From Chiloscyllium plagiosum (lineage: Eukaryota): a DNA stretch of 64,000 nt. The stretch covers positions 2,978,222-3,042,221 of the forward strand of contig NC_057752.1 in NCBI RefSeq assembly GCF_004010195.1. Reading direction: 5' to 3'. The stretch's first letter is position 1, and each line of letters begins with the position of its first letter. Below, one piece after another: positions 13,426-27,227 of this stretch. The notes below the pieces were generated by a model that had not been told where the DNA came from, did not search any database, and saw only the letters and a program-made list of their open reading frames with translations. A program made the translations under genes and the position numbers.

Positions 13426-16400
13426 CTGTTCAAATAGTAGTGACACAGTTGTATTGGCAATTGCTTACTATTAAGGAGGGTGGGGAAGGGAATTGATGGT
13501 GGGCTGAGCTAATGCATGGTACTTTGTGCCTTCCCTGTCCTAAGGGTGAACTGGTATTAATTGGAATTTGCCATGTTCCTGTGTTATAGATTGTAGTTCA
13601 CTCATAGTTAGACTGTGACTGCGTAAAGTTAGATTGCAGAGAAAAAAACAACTTCCTGGAACAGACAAAAGGCCATTAAGTGTGACAGCCCCTGTCCCTT
13701 TCTCTAACCACATTGACCCACCTTTTCATATGGGCTTACTGTTACTAGTTCAAACATATTTGCAATTTTGCTCACAAAATACATTCAAGATGAAACCAAA
13801 TGAGATGAAATTCAGAATTGTTTTAATGGAGAGCTGAAAAAGCAGGAATGTTTATACAAACCTGTTTGTTGGAGGGAGGTTTTAGGAGAGTGAAGCCTTC
13901 ACTAAATGCTGAAGGTGCAGACAAATTTGACAGCTGCCTGAGGAATTTTTTTAAAACCACATATTTCCCAATATCTCTCTGGAACAACGCCCAATGATCC
14001 CTTGGATCCATCTGACCCAACATCTGATACTGAACCATTCCCTCTTTTAAATGGAAGGTCGACATGATTTCCTCTCATACTCCTACTTGCTGCATTTTGT
14101 AATGGCGTTTAGTGGTAATTGACATGGGGCAATAATTGTCAAGATTGACTTGTCACCTCCCTGCATTTATTACTGAAAACGGTCAACAGAAGTTCTCTCT
14201 AAGTCACCCATTTAGCAAAGAAACTAACTTCTTTAACCTTCCCTCACAAATGAAATGCCTGATATTGGGAGCTCATTACCTCAATTTTTATAACCTTGTG
14301 AAGACAAGAATGTTTTTCAATGACTCGGCTTTTATGGAACTACAGACCAGTTTGGTTGTTGAAGCTGGATTGATCCCAAACATCTGAGATGAAAGGACAA
14401 TATTTTAACCCTGTGCACCACTCAGACCCCTTATGAAACAGACAATACTGATTATGTGCGTATTCAGATATTTTGTTATAACTATTAAAGCAACACCATG
14501 TTTAAAATCACACATGGCATAGCAAGCAAAGTGGAGTACGACAACTATACAGATTCTGACATTGTTTTGTTTAATTAAAGAAGGAGTTGTACCTTGAAGG
14601 TAACCTGTTAGACCTCATGCAAGACCAGTAATTCATCACAGCAAAAAGGCTGACACTGCTTCATGTCTGCACAACATAATGCCCACACTTTTTAAAAAAA
14701 GCTAAGTTTGTTTTAATTAATGAATGCTCACATTTATCAGAACCTCATCATTTTTCAAATGATCTGCTCCTCCAACTTCCTCTTTTGGTGGCACTGGCAC
14801 TTACTAGGGTACAGTGGGGTACAGTGCACTGGCATTTGGCACCATGCTCAAGTGGACCATTCTTCCCAGATGCGTTCACTGACAATCTGACTAGGATGAA
14901 GGGGGCATCAAACAAATCCAATCAAGTTATCGCTTAATATAAACACAGGTATACCTTGCGGTGGGAATTGGAGCATAGCAATCAAGGAGAGAGGGTGTGA
15001 CTAATTTTCCCTCTGAGAGGTTCACAAAACCATCTCTCAAATGAGAGCTGACAAGATTGGAAATCAAACCCGGGGTTTTCCTCCTTACTGTGACTCAGTG
15101 CCACCATGGGTACTGTCATCTGGGAAGAATTTTAACCTTCTAAGTGGAGTATTCAGCTTAAAGTTGGTAAACATCATACATAACTCAAACTCATAGGCAT
15201 AATAATTAAACATCACAATACCTGCTTCATTTAACAGCGAGCTGGATAACAAATACATTTCAGCAATTTTTTTTGCTTGAATTATTGTGTCTTGCTAGTT
15301 TACTTACAGAGCAGAACACACGTTACTTAGGGAAGCTAACCAACATCTTGATTTTACCTGCAAAGAATTCTGGGTAACGGGTCATCATAGACTTAACATC
15401 TGAACAAACCTTATTTGCTATGATAGCATTCTGGCTCACACAGTCTCCATTCAAACAGGAACAAGAAGTTAAATTGCTGTTAAGTTTACCTATAATTCTT
15501 ATTTTTAAAAATGTACATGAACGTATAAATTGGCTAAAGTTAAGTAACTGAGAAATAACAATCAGCACAGAGACAGACAATTGAACAGCAAGAGGAGCAC
15601 AGAGTACTGCAATGGAACAGGTTTGACATGGAACAGGTTTGACCCTTTTAATTCCGCTTTAAAAGGGTCATTGCCTCAATAAAAATTTGCTTGAGCAATC
15701 ATTGTTGATGTGGTGATCGAAACGTGACAACAAATATTATACCAACTTGGGTCACAACATTGTTGTGACAGAAATAATGCGCTGCATAAAGATTTGCTCA
15801 AGACAAGGAGTCTTGAGTACAGTCTACTTGACCTCGGTCATCGGGAATTCAACCACTTCCAGCAGCCATACTGCAGCATTGCCAAGAGGTCACAGCCCAC
15901 TGATGTTAAAATGTTGTCAAAACGCTACTCTGGAACTGAAGTACATTCGACTCGTGCAAATCCAGGATTTTCAAATCAAGGTTCTCTCTTTCCTCCACAG
16001 TTGTTTTGTGAAGAAAAGGGGAATTTTTGCTGTCTCCATCGGAAAGATGCTACCAATCACATTACTTTTTGAAATATTAGCAACCTCTTGTGACGATGCT
16101 AGCTGTAGCACAGAGGTCTGCCAGGAGCACCCGGAAGTAAAACAAGAGGCTTCCAGGTTTGCTAGGAGAACACCAAGGCGAACTCCACGTGCCTCTTTCC
16201 CACATTAGTGCTATCATTCCATTCCAGTTTTCCATCAGACAATGGCCCCAAAATCACGAATGTTTGGCTGACATGGTGCCATTCCTTAGTCTGCATGCTC
16301 ACACCTCTGAACGAGCTGCTGTTTTCACTTTACCATGTTCTCAGACTTGCAATGGGACCATTCTAACTACTATACACAGAGCTACGTGTGATCAGCAGAT

Positions 16401-17031
16401 TTATTTTTCTGTTTGACTGTCAATTGGCTTAAAGTGGATTATAACTATGGCATTGTAGCCAGTGACACTCACAGAGGGCAGTCCCTTTCGGGCAATTTAA
16501 AAGCATTAATTTTGCTGGACAGAGTGCAGTTTGCTCTTTTCCCCTTCTCATCACTTTCTTTTGACAACTGATTATGATGCATAGAACATGGCATCTGGGG
16601 CTAATTTGCCAACTGCTTGGCATGCTCAACTGGAGCAATGCAAGACTGCATCACTGATATCTCACGAGCTTGCACGTAAGCTCTGAGTTTGAAGTGCTCA
16701 TGTACATGCCTGACCATGCATTCAGTCCCACTGGGAGAGGTACAGAATAAACTTAACAAAAGGATCAGTGACTAAAGCACAGGCAGCTGAACTTCCATTC
16801 TGACCTGTACACTTTCAACAAATTGCCACTGCCTGAGTGTGCTCCCCCAATCCATTTGGGAGGCTGCCCTCAAGTCTTCAGCAACAGCCCTGTGTAAATG
16901 GGAAGGGACCAATAGTCTCCCAAGCCCATAATCCTTCCATAACCCTTTCTGGTTTAAGAGGCAGAACCCGTATCGTGGATTAGCTACCTAGCTACTCAAA
17001 AGGAAAAATTCCCTCTCTCTATCACTTACAT

Positions 17032-17385
17032 TAGTGGTGCAGTGGTGATGTCACGAGACTAGTAACACAGAATCGCCCCCCAACAAGCTAATGTTGTAGG
17101 GTCACAGGCTCAAATCCCATGATGGTAGAAGTTTGAATTCAATAAAAATCTGGGATAATAAAGCTTGTTTAACAGTGACCAGGTAATCCCTGCTGATTGT
17201 TGTGAAGACCCATCTGGTTCACCAACATCCTTTCAGGAAGGATATCTGCCGTCCTTACCTTGTCTAGTCTACATGTAACTCCAGATCCACAACAATGCAG
17301 TTGACTGCCCATCGGATAATTAGGGACAGGCAATATATGATGCTCTCGCTGATAACACCCACATCCCACGAATAAAAGTAAAAAA
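17032..17385 (+). mobile_element. tRNA-head SINE (second family)
   Basis: Homologous to 2108-2430, with an A-rich end. Partial copies also lie at about 32010-32170(-), 45470-45690(+), 48670-48815(-) and 50575-50750(-). Confidence 0.7.
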
Positions 17386-17684
17386 TTCCATCAACCCGAT
17401 CATTTTCATTCCCCATTTCATACTTTGCTCATCCTCTCTTCCCTCTTTCATTTCTTCTTTCCTTGCCTCTCCATCTCATCCCTTCTTGCTTTGTGCTTTT
17501 GTTCCTTGTCTCTCTTGCCCTTTCCTTCGCATGGTTACTGGGCAATGGCACGTTCTTGTGTTCCATGTCTTTGGTTGGTCTGTTCACTCCAGCTAACACT
17601 ACAGACTGTGACCAGTCACTGAGAAATCTACAGAGTTTCCCTTTACTTAATACTCAGTACTTACTCCGAACAACCTTCTTAAAG

Positions 17685-18185
17685 TCATAGAGTCATACAG
17701 CACGGAAACAGACCTTTCAGTTCAACCAGTCCATGCTGAACACAATCCCAAACTAACCTAGTCCCACCTGCCTGCTCCTGGCCCATATCCCTCCAAACCT
17801 TTCCTCTTCAAGTCCTTATCCAAATGTCTTAAATGCTGTAACTGTGCCCACAACCACCACTTCCTCAGGAAGTTTATTCCACACATAAACCACACTGTGG
17901 AAAAAAATTGCCCTTCATGTATTTATTTAAATCTCTCTTCTCTCACCTTTAAATGTGCCCCTTTGTCTTGAAATTCCCCCATCCTAGGGAAAATGCAATG
18001 ACCAATAACTCTATCTATACCCTTCATTATTTTATAAACTTCTATAAGGTCATTTCTCAACCTCCTCCGGCTCCAGTGAAAAAAAGTCCCAGCCTTTCTT
18101 CATAACTCAAACATTCCATACCCGACAACATCCTGGTAAATCTCTTCCAAACCCTCTCCAGCTTAATAATATTCTTCCTATAGCT
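17685..18185 (-). mobile_element. CR1 LINE 3' fragment
   Basis: Starts tagagtcatacagcacggaaacagacc (reverse complement of the CR1 tail); homologous to 49700-50211. Confidence 0.8.
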
Positions 18186-18878
18186 GGGTCCAGATAGGCT
18201 GGCAACAGGTTGGCAGTAGGCTACTTACCACCAAGAGACACTCTGGTGTCTACGGGGACTTTGTTGATGATTAATCAGCTGCACCCACACAGTTTGACAG
18301 ACCAGGGCACAAATAATTAGGACAGTGGAGGTTTTGACATTATGGGGTTAGTTGAATCGGAGACTGATGAACCTCAGCCCATAGTCCCACAGAGGCCTCA
18401 CTTACATCATGGCTGCACCCATCACACTTTTCAAGTTGCTCACTAGCTGGCTAAGAGACAATGACCAAGTTCAAAGGTTTCAGCCCCCTGTAGAAGACAG
18501 ACAACAAGAACTGCCTATGCTGTGCATGTTGAACAGTACAGCTCTCCATAAATCCTGTGAGCAGATTACCATTACTTGCCTGGGCAGCACGAGACTTCCC
18601 TTCTGGGATGTCAGGCATAGCTCAGCATTCATCAAAACTTTCTCTCTTATTTCCCCTTTTCTGTCACAATTTCTCTCAAAGCATGCCTCGGAGACCTTCC
18701 CTTACATGCCATAAGCTTACCCTACCTACATAAATCATCACTTTTCAGCAATGTATCAAAGGACCAGAGCTCCCTTCACTCCTTCTCAGTCTGATATCAC
18801 AAGCCTAGGTTGTAGATTCTAGGTTGAAGCCAGAACTCAGGGACTGATACAAACAAGAGTCAACAATTGGGGCAGACA

Positions 18879-19005
18879 GGGAGAAAGTGAGGTCTGCAGA
18901 CGCTGGAGATCAAAGCTGAAACTTTATTGCTGGAACAGCACAGCAGGTCAGGCAGCATCTAGGGAACAGAAGATTCGACGTTTCGGGCACAGGCCCTTCT
19001 TCAGG
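18879..19005 (-). mobile_element. Short Penelope-like insertion (family 2) with hammerhead motif and 14-bp TSD
   Basis: AATTGGGGCAGACA is repeated directly at 18865-18878 and 19006-19019. The body is homologous to the copies at 9688-9784 and 28395-28582. Confidence 0.8.
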
Positions 19006-19008
19006 AAT
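18973..19008 (-). ncRNA. Minimal type I hammerhead ribozyme (predicted), sense to the ASIC pre-mRNA
   Basis: The minus strand reads AUUC-CUGAAGA-A-GGGC-CUGU-GCCC-GAAAC-GUC-GAAU. This gives helix I AUUC/GAAU, helix II GGGC/GCCC, palindromic helix III ACGU and a GUC cleavage triplet. Confidence 0.7.
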
Positions 19009-19849
19009 TGGGGCAGACACCCTTGAGTTTCCAATGAGTACTTTGGAAATCCCCAAGTGAGCCATAGCTCTGCAAAGGCACTATAGTGAATGCAACCCAC
19101 TAGTTTCACAGGCAAGTCTACCAACAGTCAAAATAATTCCGTCAGAAATATGTAGGATACTCTAAAACAGCTCCTTACAAATGACATCCAATCCACCATT
19201 GACGAAGATGTCAAATAGAATGGATATCACTGACACACTGCTCCTGAGGTTGGACGTCATTTCAGTGAGTTTATCATTTATCCTTAAGCCAATCTTGGAG
19301 ATGGAGATCAAATCCAAGCCACTTACTCCCAGTTTCCACCTTCTTCCTTACAAGCCCAGGAGGACAAAGATGTTCTGAAGAATGAGAAATACAATGCTTC
19401 TCCTGATCTGTTATGAAGCTACCATCTGCCATACACATTCCTCCTGAGAGCAGGTCATTGAGACATTCAATATACATACGTCAATAACCCAAAGGACCAC
19501 CTTAAAAGCTGGGACTTGGAACAACGAACTACCCATGCCTTAAATAGATTCCGAATTCCTGACAGTGTCATGGCACTAATCTCGAAGACGATCACCATTC
19601 TGTCAGTACCTTTCCCATCAGTGCAGTGCAGTGCAGTGTCCACCTCGTCATTCAATTGTCTATCTGTGCAGCACTATAATCTCCATGAGGACGAACTCCA
19701 GGTCTCTCCAGACTCTGAGGATGCCCTTACGGATGTATTGAAAGGGGGATTGAGAAAGGAAAAGAGAATTACAAAACTCAACCCACATCACAAATACAAA
19801 GTTGCAACCAAAGCAAGTCAGAAGTCACGTTAATGGGCTAGCTTTCAGC

Positions 19850-21480
19850 ATGTTTTGCCTGTGTACTTGCAGTTGCAATGTGCAGTTGAAGTGGACATTG
19901 CATTAAACCTTTGTACTTATTGCTACAATGCCATGTCTAATTATCACTGGAGAGTCTGCAAAGGCTGGCAAACTGTGTCCTGGATATTGCAGCTTGTTGC
20001 TGCTGTGCATTGCAGACAGCTTCTGCTGCTTTGTCACCTACTCCATTGCCGTATTGTACACTGCATTGCAATTCACAGCGACTGTTACACTGCTGCTGCA
20101 ATCTCATCCCTTGCTGCTGTTGCATTCCATCATACTGTGTGGTATCCTGCTGTTGCATTGTGCATTTTCATAGCTGCATTGCACCTTGCAATGGTCCTTA
20201 TAATACTTACTGCTGCCTTAAAATTTGATTGCATTCTACTTTTCCGTTGTATTGTACTGCAGTTCCTTAGCGCAGCATCCAATTGTGAATGGAATATTAT
20301 GTTTTGTGAAGATATTGCATTCTGTTGCTGCAGCCATATACTTCAATTACTTCTACATTTGTGCTGCATATTGCTGCAAACGCATTGAACATTGTTGTGG
20401 TGGCAATGCAGTTTCTGCTGCATTGGACCCAGTTATAGCTGATGTGTTCAACTTCACTGTTGTTGAGCATCAGCCTGTTGGTGTTACATTACTGCTGCAT
20501 ACTACCTTGCCGCTCTATTGTGGCTATTTGCTATTCCATTGCACATTGCTTCAGCTGTTTGGTAATATTTTAACTCATTGCTGCTGTGTTGCATCCTGCT
20601 GCTTTTGCCTCCCTGCTATATTTACTCAACGATACTATACTGTGCTGGTATCGCTGCCTGTGGCTGTTGCATTATGCTCAATTCTACTGCCTTGCAGCTT
20701 GCTGCCTTTATTCAATATTTCGCTCTTGAAATGTCCTTTATTGCTGCTGCTTAGCACTTTCTGCTTCTGCATTGCACCTTATTGCTGTTATTTTAATATC
20801 CTTGCATTGCTGTCTGCTTTCTTTGCTACATCTTGCTCTTACTGCATTGCATGTTTTCACTGTTGCATTGTTCTTTGCTGCTGCTGTTTTGTACCTTATT
20901 ACTGCTGTTGCATTGTAACCTGCTGCTCTTGCATTATACAGCAATGCTTTAGAATTGCACTTTGTTGATGCACTGTATTTTTTGCTGCAACAATGTGCCT
21001 TGTTATCACAGCTCTATAGTTGTTACTGTATTTCACTGTTAGTACAACTGCACTGTAACCTGTTCGGCTGTATTATTTCTCAATACTGTAGTGTATTGTA
21101 TTGATGCATTGCACCTTGCTGCTGCAGTGTTGCACTTGTTGAGATTGCCTGCTTAGACAGCATTCTAGCTTGCTCTCATGTTGTGACTTTGACAGTTCCA
21201 TTTGCTCGAGTTGCATTTGCTTCTACTGAATGCACCTTACTGCTTTTTTAAAAATCAAGCAATGTTGCTTTAATGTACTTTGCAGCTGCTTTCTTGTATA
21301 ATCACTGCTGCATCACACCCAAATAGCTGCATTTTACCTTGTCGCATTTCAATGCAATTCTTTGCTTGTGCATTGGCCCTTCCTGCTGCATTGCATGCTG
21401 CTATTGTATTGCACATTATTACTCATGCATTATGCCTTGCTGTTGCATTTACTCTCCCAACTGCAGTATTTTGATTGAAA
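19850..21480. repeat. Degenerate TGC/TTG-rich low-complexity tract
   Basis: Recurrent tgctgc/tgttgcattg words over 1.6 kb, producing Cys/Leu-rich (+) and Gln-rich (-) spurious ORFs. Confidence 0.75.
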
Positions 21481-24400
21481 TAAATGCAACAAGCAATGTC
21501 ACTCACTTTTCAAGAGTCACGTCTAACTTCCGTTTCAAAGCGCTCCTGTGTGGCAGCAGTCTTGTTATCAGAAAACCGCAAAGCAGCGCATGTGCCAAGT
21601 ACCTGCAGTGGTTGCTTTTGGCCAGTGAGTAACTTGGTGGCCCCATCAAGAAAAAACGACGACAACTGGTCCACCTGGGCATCGAGAAGAGGTGGCGCGT
21701 GCAAGAATGGTGTACCCTTGCTGTACTGACATATGCGCGTTGGTATCCAATGACAAGGACTTCAAGTGGCAGGACTGCAAGCAACCCCGGGATTAGGTAA
21801 TTACTTACCGGCAGTAAGAGGGCACTAATAATTGCCCAAGACATGGCGTGAGCTGGTATTGGTGCCCACTTGTGGTGCAGTATTTTGAGCCAACAGTGTC
21901 TCCCCCCTGCAGTTGGCACCACCAACACCATTGATTGAGTAATGCACTCTGCAGCTAATTCAATGTGAGGCTGACTAGGAAGGCACTGCTCTTTTGAAAG
22001 GAAACATACATGCTCCACTGTGTACAAGGATCTACTGTGGAGCTCTACTTGTGACTACTCAACCAGCAGAGGGTAGGTTGTCAGAACAATATTTCGTTGG
22101 GAACAATGTAGCTGTCCAATAGAAGCACTGCAAGCTGTCTGTGCGGAGCTTGCCACTTACTTTAATGTGCTGTACGTATGTAACAATTGCAAATCTGATT
22201 CCTTTGTATTTTGATTTTCTCTCAGTGGCTAGCACTGGGCTGATGGCCACATGCAGACTGCGGGCAGACTCCCCTTGCGCCAGCTCACTGCACTCTGTCC
22301 GTGCAAGAGGTGCAACTAGTGGTCACTCCTGTCACCTTTCCTACCATCCGCAGCGCATGTCCTGCCATTGTGCGGCCAATGGCGTCTGGCTGTGCTCCAT
22401 TCAGGTCCATGTCCCGAGGCGAACGTTGGCATGAACTGCACCAATGCACTTTTCATTCACTCCCCATCCCCCCAGCTTGTTTGCCAGCGGGAAGCGGGTT
22501 GGCAAGACCTGCAGGCACGGAACACAGAGGGTGGTGAAACGGCAATAACCAACATCGAGCGCCAAAAAAACATGGACGACCACCACAACAATTACCTGTG
22601 CTTGATGGCTACCACTGGCTGCTGCAGTGCTGTGCACTCTGAGCTTCTGATGGAGCACAGTAGGATATCTGCAAGGTATCTTCACCAGTCTCCTCAAAGC
22701 TAGTGCCATTGGTTCATGCTTGGGCAGTCAATGCCCCTGCCACAGGAACACTGCTCCCAGCAGCAAGCTTGGCAGCTCCACAGAGAAACATGCTTGACAT
22801 GTGCCAGGTAACATGCCCAAGTTGGCACACATCAATTCTGCAAATTAACAGGCCAAGTGACGCTGGCTGCTCTCCTTCACTTGTATTTACCTCCCCTTTA
22901 CCCACCTTCAACCCCATTTGTCACCTGTAAAGGGCACTGCTTAGCGCATGGGTACCCCGACATCTGCCCAAACGGACGAGGAGGCACTGTTTGCTTGGGC
23001 ACCGCACTCCAGCACAGTTGCTCCGATGGCTACCTTGTGAATGCTTCACATCCAGCCTGACCTTACAACGAGGAACAAGAAGAACAAGTCAGTACAGCTT
23101 TCGAGACAACATCTGACAACGCGGAACACTGAGCAAGTAGGCTTTAACAGCCTGCTTACAGAATATGGCCGCGAGTAGCAGGTGATTGGAGAGAGTCAGA
23201 GAGGAACAACAACAGAGAGAGTGTCCACTGTAGCCTTTGTGTCATCCACTTTTTTTTTAAAAAGAACTGAAAGTTTTGAGAGTTCCTTAACAGAAAACAT
23301 GAAGCCAAATTCACAAACAGGCCTCTGGGCTCCTGTTCTATCATGGTGTGCACATTTGCATTGCGAGAATGGCACTGCGTGATTTATCCCTTTGGAGAAC
23401 TGGCGCAGACATGGACGGCCGAATGACCTCTTTCTGTCTAGTAACAGAGCTATCACTCTGTGACTCCGACAGAGAGTTGGTGGCTTGGTGAATGCCAAGA
23501 TATCAGGAGATGGGAGTTGCAAATGTCATGGCACGTGGGGGCAGTGGATGTACTGCCTAGGCGTCTTGTCATAAGTCAGTCACCCAGGGAAGCATGGTAA
23601 GGCTTTATCCTCCTCTATTTGAAAACCTGCTACCACTCAGCTGACCATGTAAGGCCTTGTGTTGCTCCAAAGGCCAGTGGAAAATGGACTCTCAGCTGGA
23701 TGTAGGTCAGTCCATTTTATTTGCAATAGACTGGAAAGAGGCAAGACCACCCTGGTATATGCCAATCCTGAGTGACAGGACCATCACCATGAAAATGGAG
23801 ATGTAATCTTGGGCTTCCTCAATTGTCTCCAGGAGTTAAAAGATTAACATCTTTGATTACAAGCAATGTCTGGGAGAAATATCATCTGGAGGTTAAAAGA
23901 AGATTTTTTTTGGTGTTCTTTTGAGAGGATGGAAATGTTGTGTGACCACTGATGGTGGATGGAGGCATAACATTTGGCAACACAAGGGTCATCTGATGAA
24001 ACATCCAGGGTTATCTCCAACCACAAGTTGCCAACCCAAAGGAGGTCAGAGATTTCAAAACTTATTTCTTAGCCATGGGTAACCAGATGATTTTGTACCA
24101 TTTGGCAATGGAGCTCAAAGCTGCACGTAGTCAAACTTTTGAATTTGACCAAAGTGTTTCCCATTTTAGCTGGCCCCAAGCATAACTTGGCAAGACATCC
24201 ACTTTTGACACATCCTTCCAAGTCCATATCAACTTACACAAAGTGCTGGCTGAGTGAACTCATCCTGTTCTGACCTGAGAATAAGGATTTGCCCCTTCGT
24301 CACCACCCCACTGATCAGGCACACTGTTCAAGATCTGAAGCATTAATTATTGGCTGAAAGTATGAACCAGATTCACCAGGCTTTGAGATAAAAAAAAACA

Positions 24401-24851
24401 GAAGCCACTGGCATTGAACAACTGCTCAATCAGCAGCTGGGGGAAAAGAAAATGGGCTTGTGTTTAGATTAGAACTTTGCATTCCAGAGTCCCACTACTG
24501 CCTTCTTCAAACATGAACCTGTCTTTTGATAGAAACTGCAAAGTGTTTACTGTCACTTTTTACATCTACTTACTGCTGGATAGGTTTGTGATGGCAATAC
24601 GAGTGACACATGCAATTTAAGCTGAAGTGACATTCCCAGCTTTGCACCAAAGGCAAACCTGAGTGTCCTCAGAACAAGGTTATTAACTGAGAGTCCACAA
24701 AAAGCAAGAAAAAGACCCTTCATCTTAGGGCAGCCATTTTCACAACAGCCTATCTACCTTATTTTGAGGGCAGCTTGCTTTGTTCACAAGAAACGTTGTC
24801 TGGTTGAGTGAGTAAAAGCCCCTTACAAACAACCCAATGTCAACCATTTTA

Positions 24852-24968
<117 letters not shown>

Positions 24969-26543
24969 TTAGCAGTCAGGAAACTTGTACGCATGCACAA
25001 ATGTCTCCTAATGAGCCTATTTACATCCATGAAATTCTAATGATTGCAATTATGTTTCATGCTGAAAATGCCCTTGAAGGAACCTTTTGAGGAAAAATTG
25101 CTTTTGAGTTGCAAGACTAAACGAAATAAGCACACACAGCCTCCAATACATAAGTAGAGTTGTGTTAGGAGCAAGAGAAGCTGATTAGAATTCCTCAGGC
25201 CTGCTCCCGCTAACGTTCTCCCTAATGTTCCCACGATGCAACATTTACTGTGTCCATCCCCCACAAAACCTGTGCAGAAAAGACATGCGATCGTTCCGGG
25301 CCTCTGCTCATGCACACATCTGACCCTCTCTAACGGTTACGACTGGACTCTCAAAGAGGGAAAAATAGTGCAAATTCAAAGGTAAAAGAGACGCAATGTT
25401 TTTTTTTAAATGAAGAGGTTAGAAATGACCTTGACCAAAATTATTTAGGAAACACTTAATGTGCTTCTCCTCTGCTTCTAATTTCAATGTAAGAACAGTC
25501 AGATGCTTCAACCTATCCCGTCACTCAATTCAATCAGGCAGAGGATGACTACAATTTCTAGACAAACAGAATTCAAAAGCAGGCTTTGCTCACCTACAGT
25601 TGGAGCACAGTTCTAGTTTCTACATTTTGAAAAGGATATGGAGAACGTATGATAAATGGTTTCCAGAGCTAGAACAAAATGGTACATCAAACAGGAAAGA
25701 CCAGGTTAGAACTCTTTTCTCTACAAAAGAGAAGCCTTAGGAATGGCCGACTGAGGTGTTAAAATCATGGAAGAATTGCTGGACAGTCCAAAACTGATGT
25801 AAGATAATCACAAATAAATCCAGCACAGAAATCAAGAAACTTTGTGTTGAGAAGGGTTAGAATGTGGAAGGTCAGAGTGGTTGAGAATAGCATAGATGTT
25901 ATGCCTTCTGATTATCTTCTGGTCCTCCTCTGTCAAAAATGTAAAGCTTAAGAGGTCTCTGTCTTTAACCCACTTGCCATGGTGTTGGCTAGAAGACAGC
26001 CCCAATCAGTGTCTTGTTAGACGTTGTCCGATTCTCCAGCACAGCTGTAAATGTTGTCCACTGGAACACTTCCACATCCAAATGATTCCAGGCTAACTAG
26101 TTCCTGACTTTTTGCAGACAATACACCAATATATACCAATAAGTACATTCAGACGAAAGTTGATAAACAAGTTAGCGAGAAAGAAACCGGTTTGAGATGA
26201 AACTAGGGAGGATGCTCAGGTAAGTATCCGCTTGGATCGGTTGGGCTGATTGGCATATTTCTATGCTATATATTTTATGCAATTTATTTATAAAAGACGG
26301 GTCTCAATTAAAGTAGTAGATAGAGGAATATTCTAGAAATAAAATGCTTTGCTGATGCTCACCAACAAGCCTAAGACCAGAATATAAAAAAACTCTCAAG
26401 GAGTAATGAGGATACAAAATGAGTGAGCCAAACTGAACAAAATATGTGAGATGCAAACACAACGACAAAGCACGAGAGAGACAAAGTAAAAGACCCTGGA
26501 CAGGATGGAACCACAACTTGGATGTGTGTACATTTTACAGATG

Positions 26544-26748
26544 TGATTCAGAGATGCCGGTGTTGGACTGGGGTGTACAAAGTTAAAAATCACACAACAC
26601 CAGGTTATAGTCCAACAGGTTTAATTGGAAGCGCACTAGCTTTCGGAGCGACGCTCCTTCACCAGGTGATTGTGACAATCACCTGATGAAGGAGCGTCGC
26701 TCCGAAAGCTAGTGTGCTTCCAATTAAACCTGTTGGACTATAACCTGG
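26544..26748. mobile_element. Palindromic Penelope-like insertion (family 1), first copy
   Basis: Long inverted arms ccaggttatagtccaacaggtttaattggaag...cttccaattaaacctgttggactataacctgg, centred near 26674, with a hammerhead-like motif on each strand. Confidence 0.8.
26680..26714 (+). ncRNA. Minimal hammerhead ribozyme (predicted)
   Basis: Reads CAC-CUGAUGA-A-GGAGC-GUC-GCUCC-GAAA-GC-UA-GUG: helix I CAC/GUG, 5-bp helix II, palindromic helix III AGCU, predicted cleavage after 26711. Confidence 0.65.
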
Positions 26749-27032
26749 TCTATGCTATATATTTTATGCAATTTATTTATAACAGACGGGTCTCAATTAA
26801 AGTAGTAGATAGAGGAATATTCTAGAAATAAAATGCTTTGCTGATGCTCACCAACAAGCCTAAGACCAGAATATAAAAAAACTCTCAAGGAGTAATGAGG
26901 ATACAAAATGAGTGAGCCAAACTGAACAAAATATGTGAGATGCAAACACAACGACAAAGCACGAGAGAGACAAAGTAAAAGACCCTGGACAGGATGGAAC
27001 CACAACTTGGGTGTGTGTACATTTTACAGATG

Positions 27033-27227
27033 TGATTCGGAGATGCCGGTGTTGGACTGGAGTGTACAAAGTTAAAAATCACACAACACCAGGTTATAGT
27101 CCAACAGGTTTAATTGGAAGCACACTAGATTTCGGAGCGACGCTCACCTGATGAAGGAGCGTCGCTCCGAAAGCTAGTGCTTCCAATTAAACCTGTTGGA
27201 CTATAACCTGGTGTTGTGTGATTTTTA
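27033..27227. mobile_element. Palindromic Penelope-like insertion (family 1), second copy, 14-bp TSD
   Basis: ACATTTTACAGATG at 27019-27032 and 27228-27241; inverted arms as in the first copy. Confidence 0.8.
27145..27179 (+). ncRNA. Minimal hammerhead ribozyme (predicted), duplicate of 26680-26714
   Basis: Same CAC-CUGAUGA-A-GGAGC-GUC-GCUCC-GAAAGCUA-GUG motif. Confidence 0.65.

Larger units (their letters stand above)
26260..27211. repeat. Tandem duplication, unit about 489 bp
   Basis: 26260-26748 is repeated from 26749. Identical 70-aa spurious ORFs at 26304..26516 and 26793..27005 are offset by 489. Confidence 0.95.

Noticed and set aside
19855..20968. Cys/Leu-rich ORFs of 177 and 247 aa
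   Set aside because: By-product of TGC-rich low complexity.
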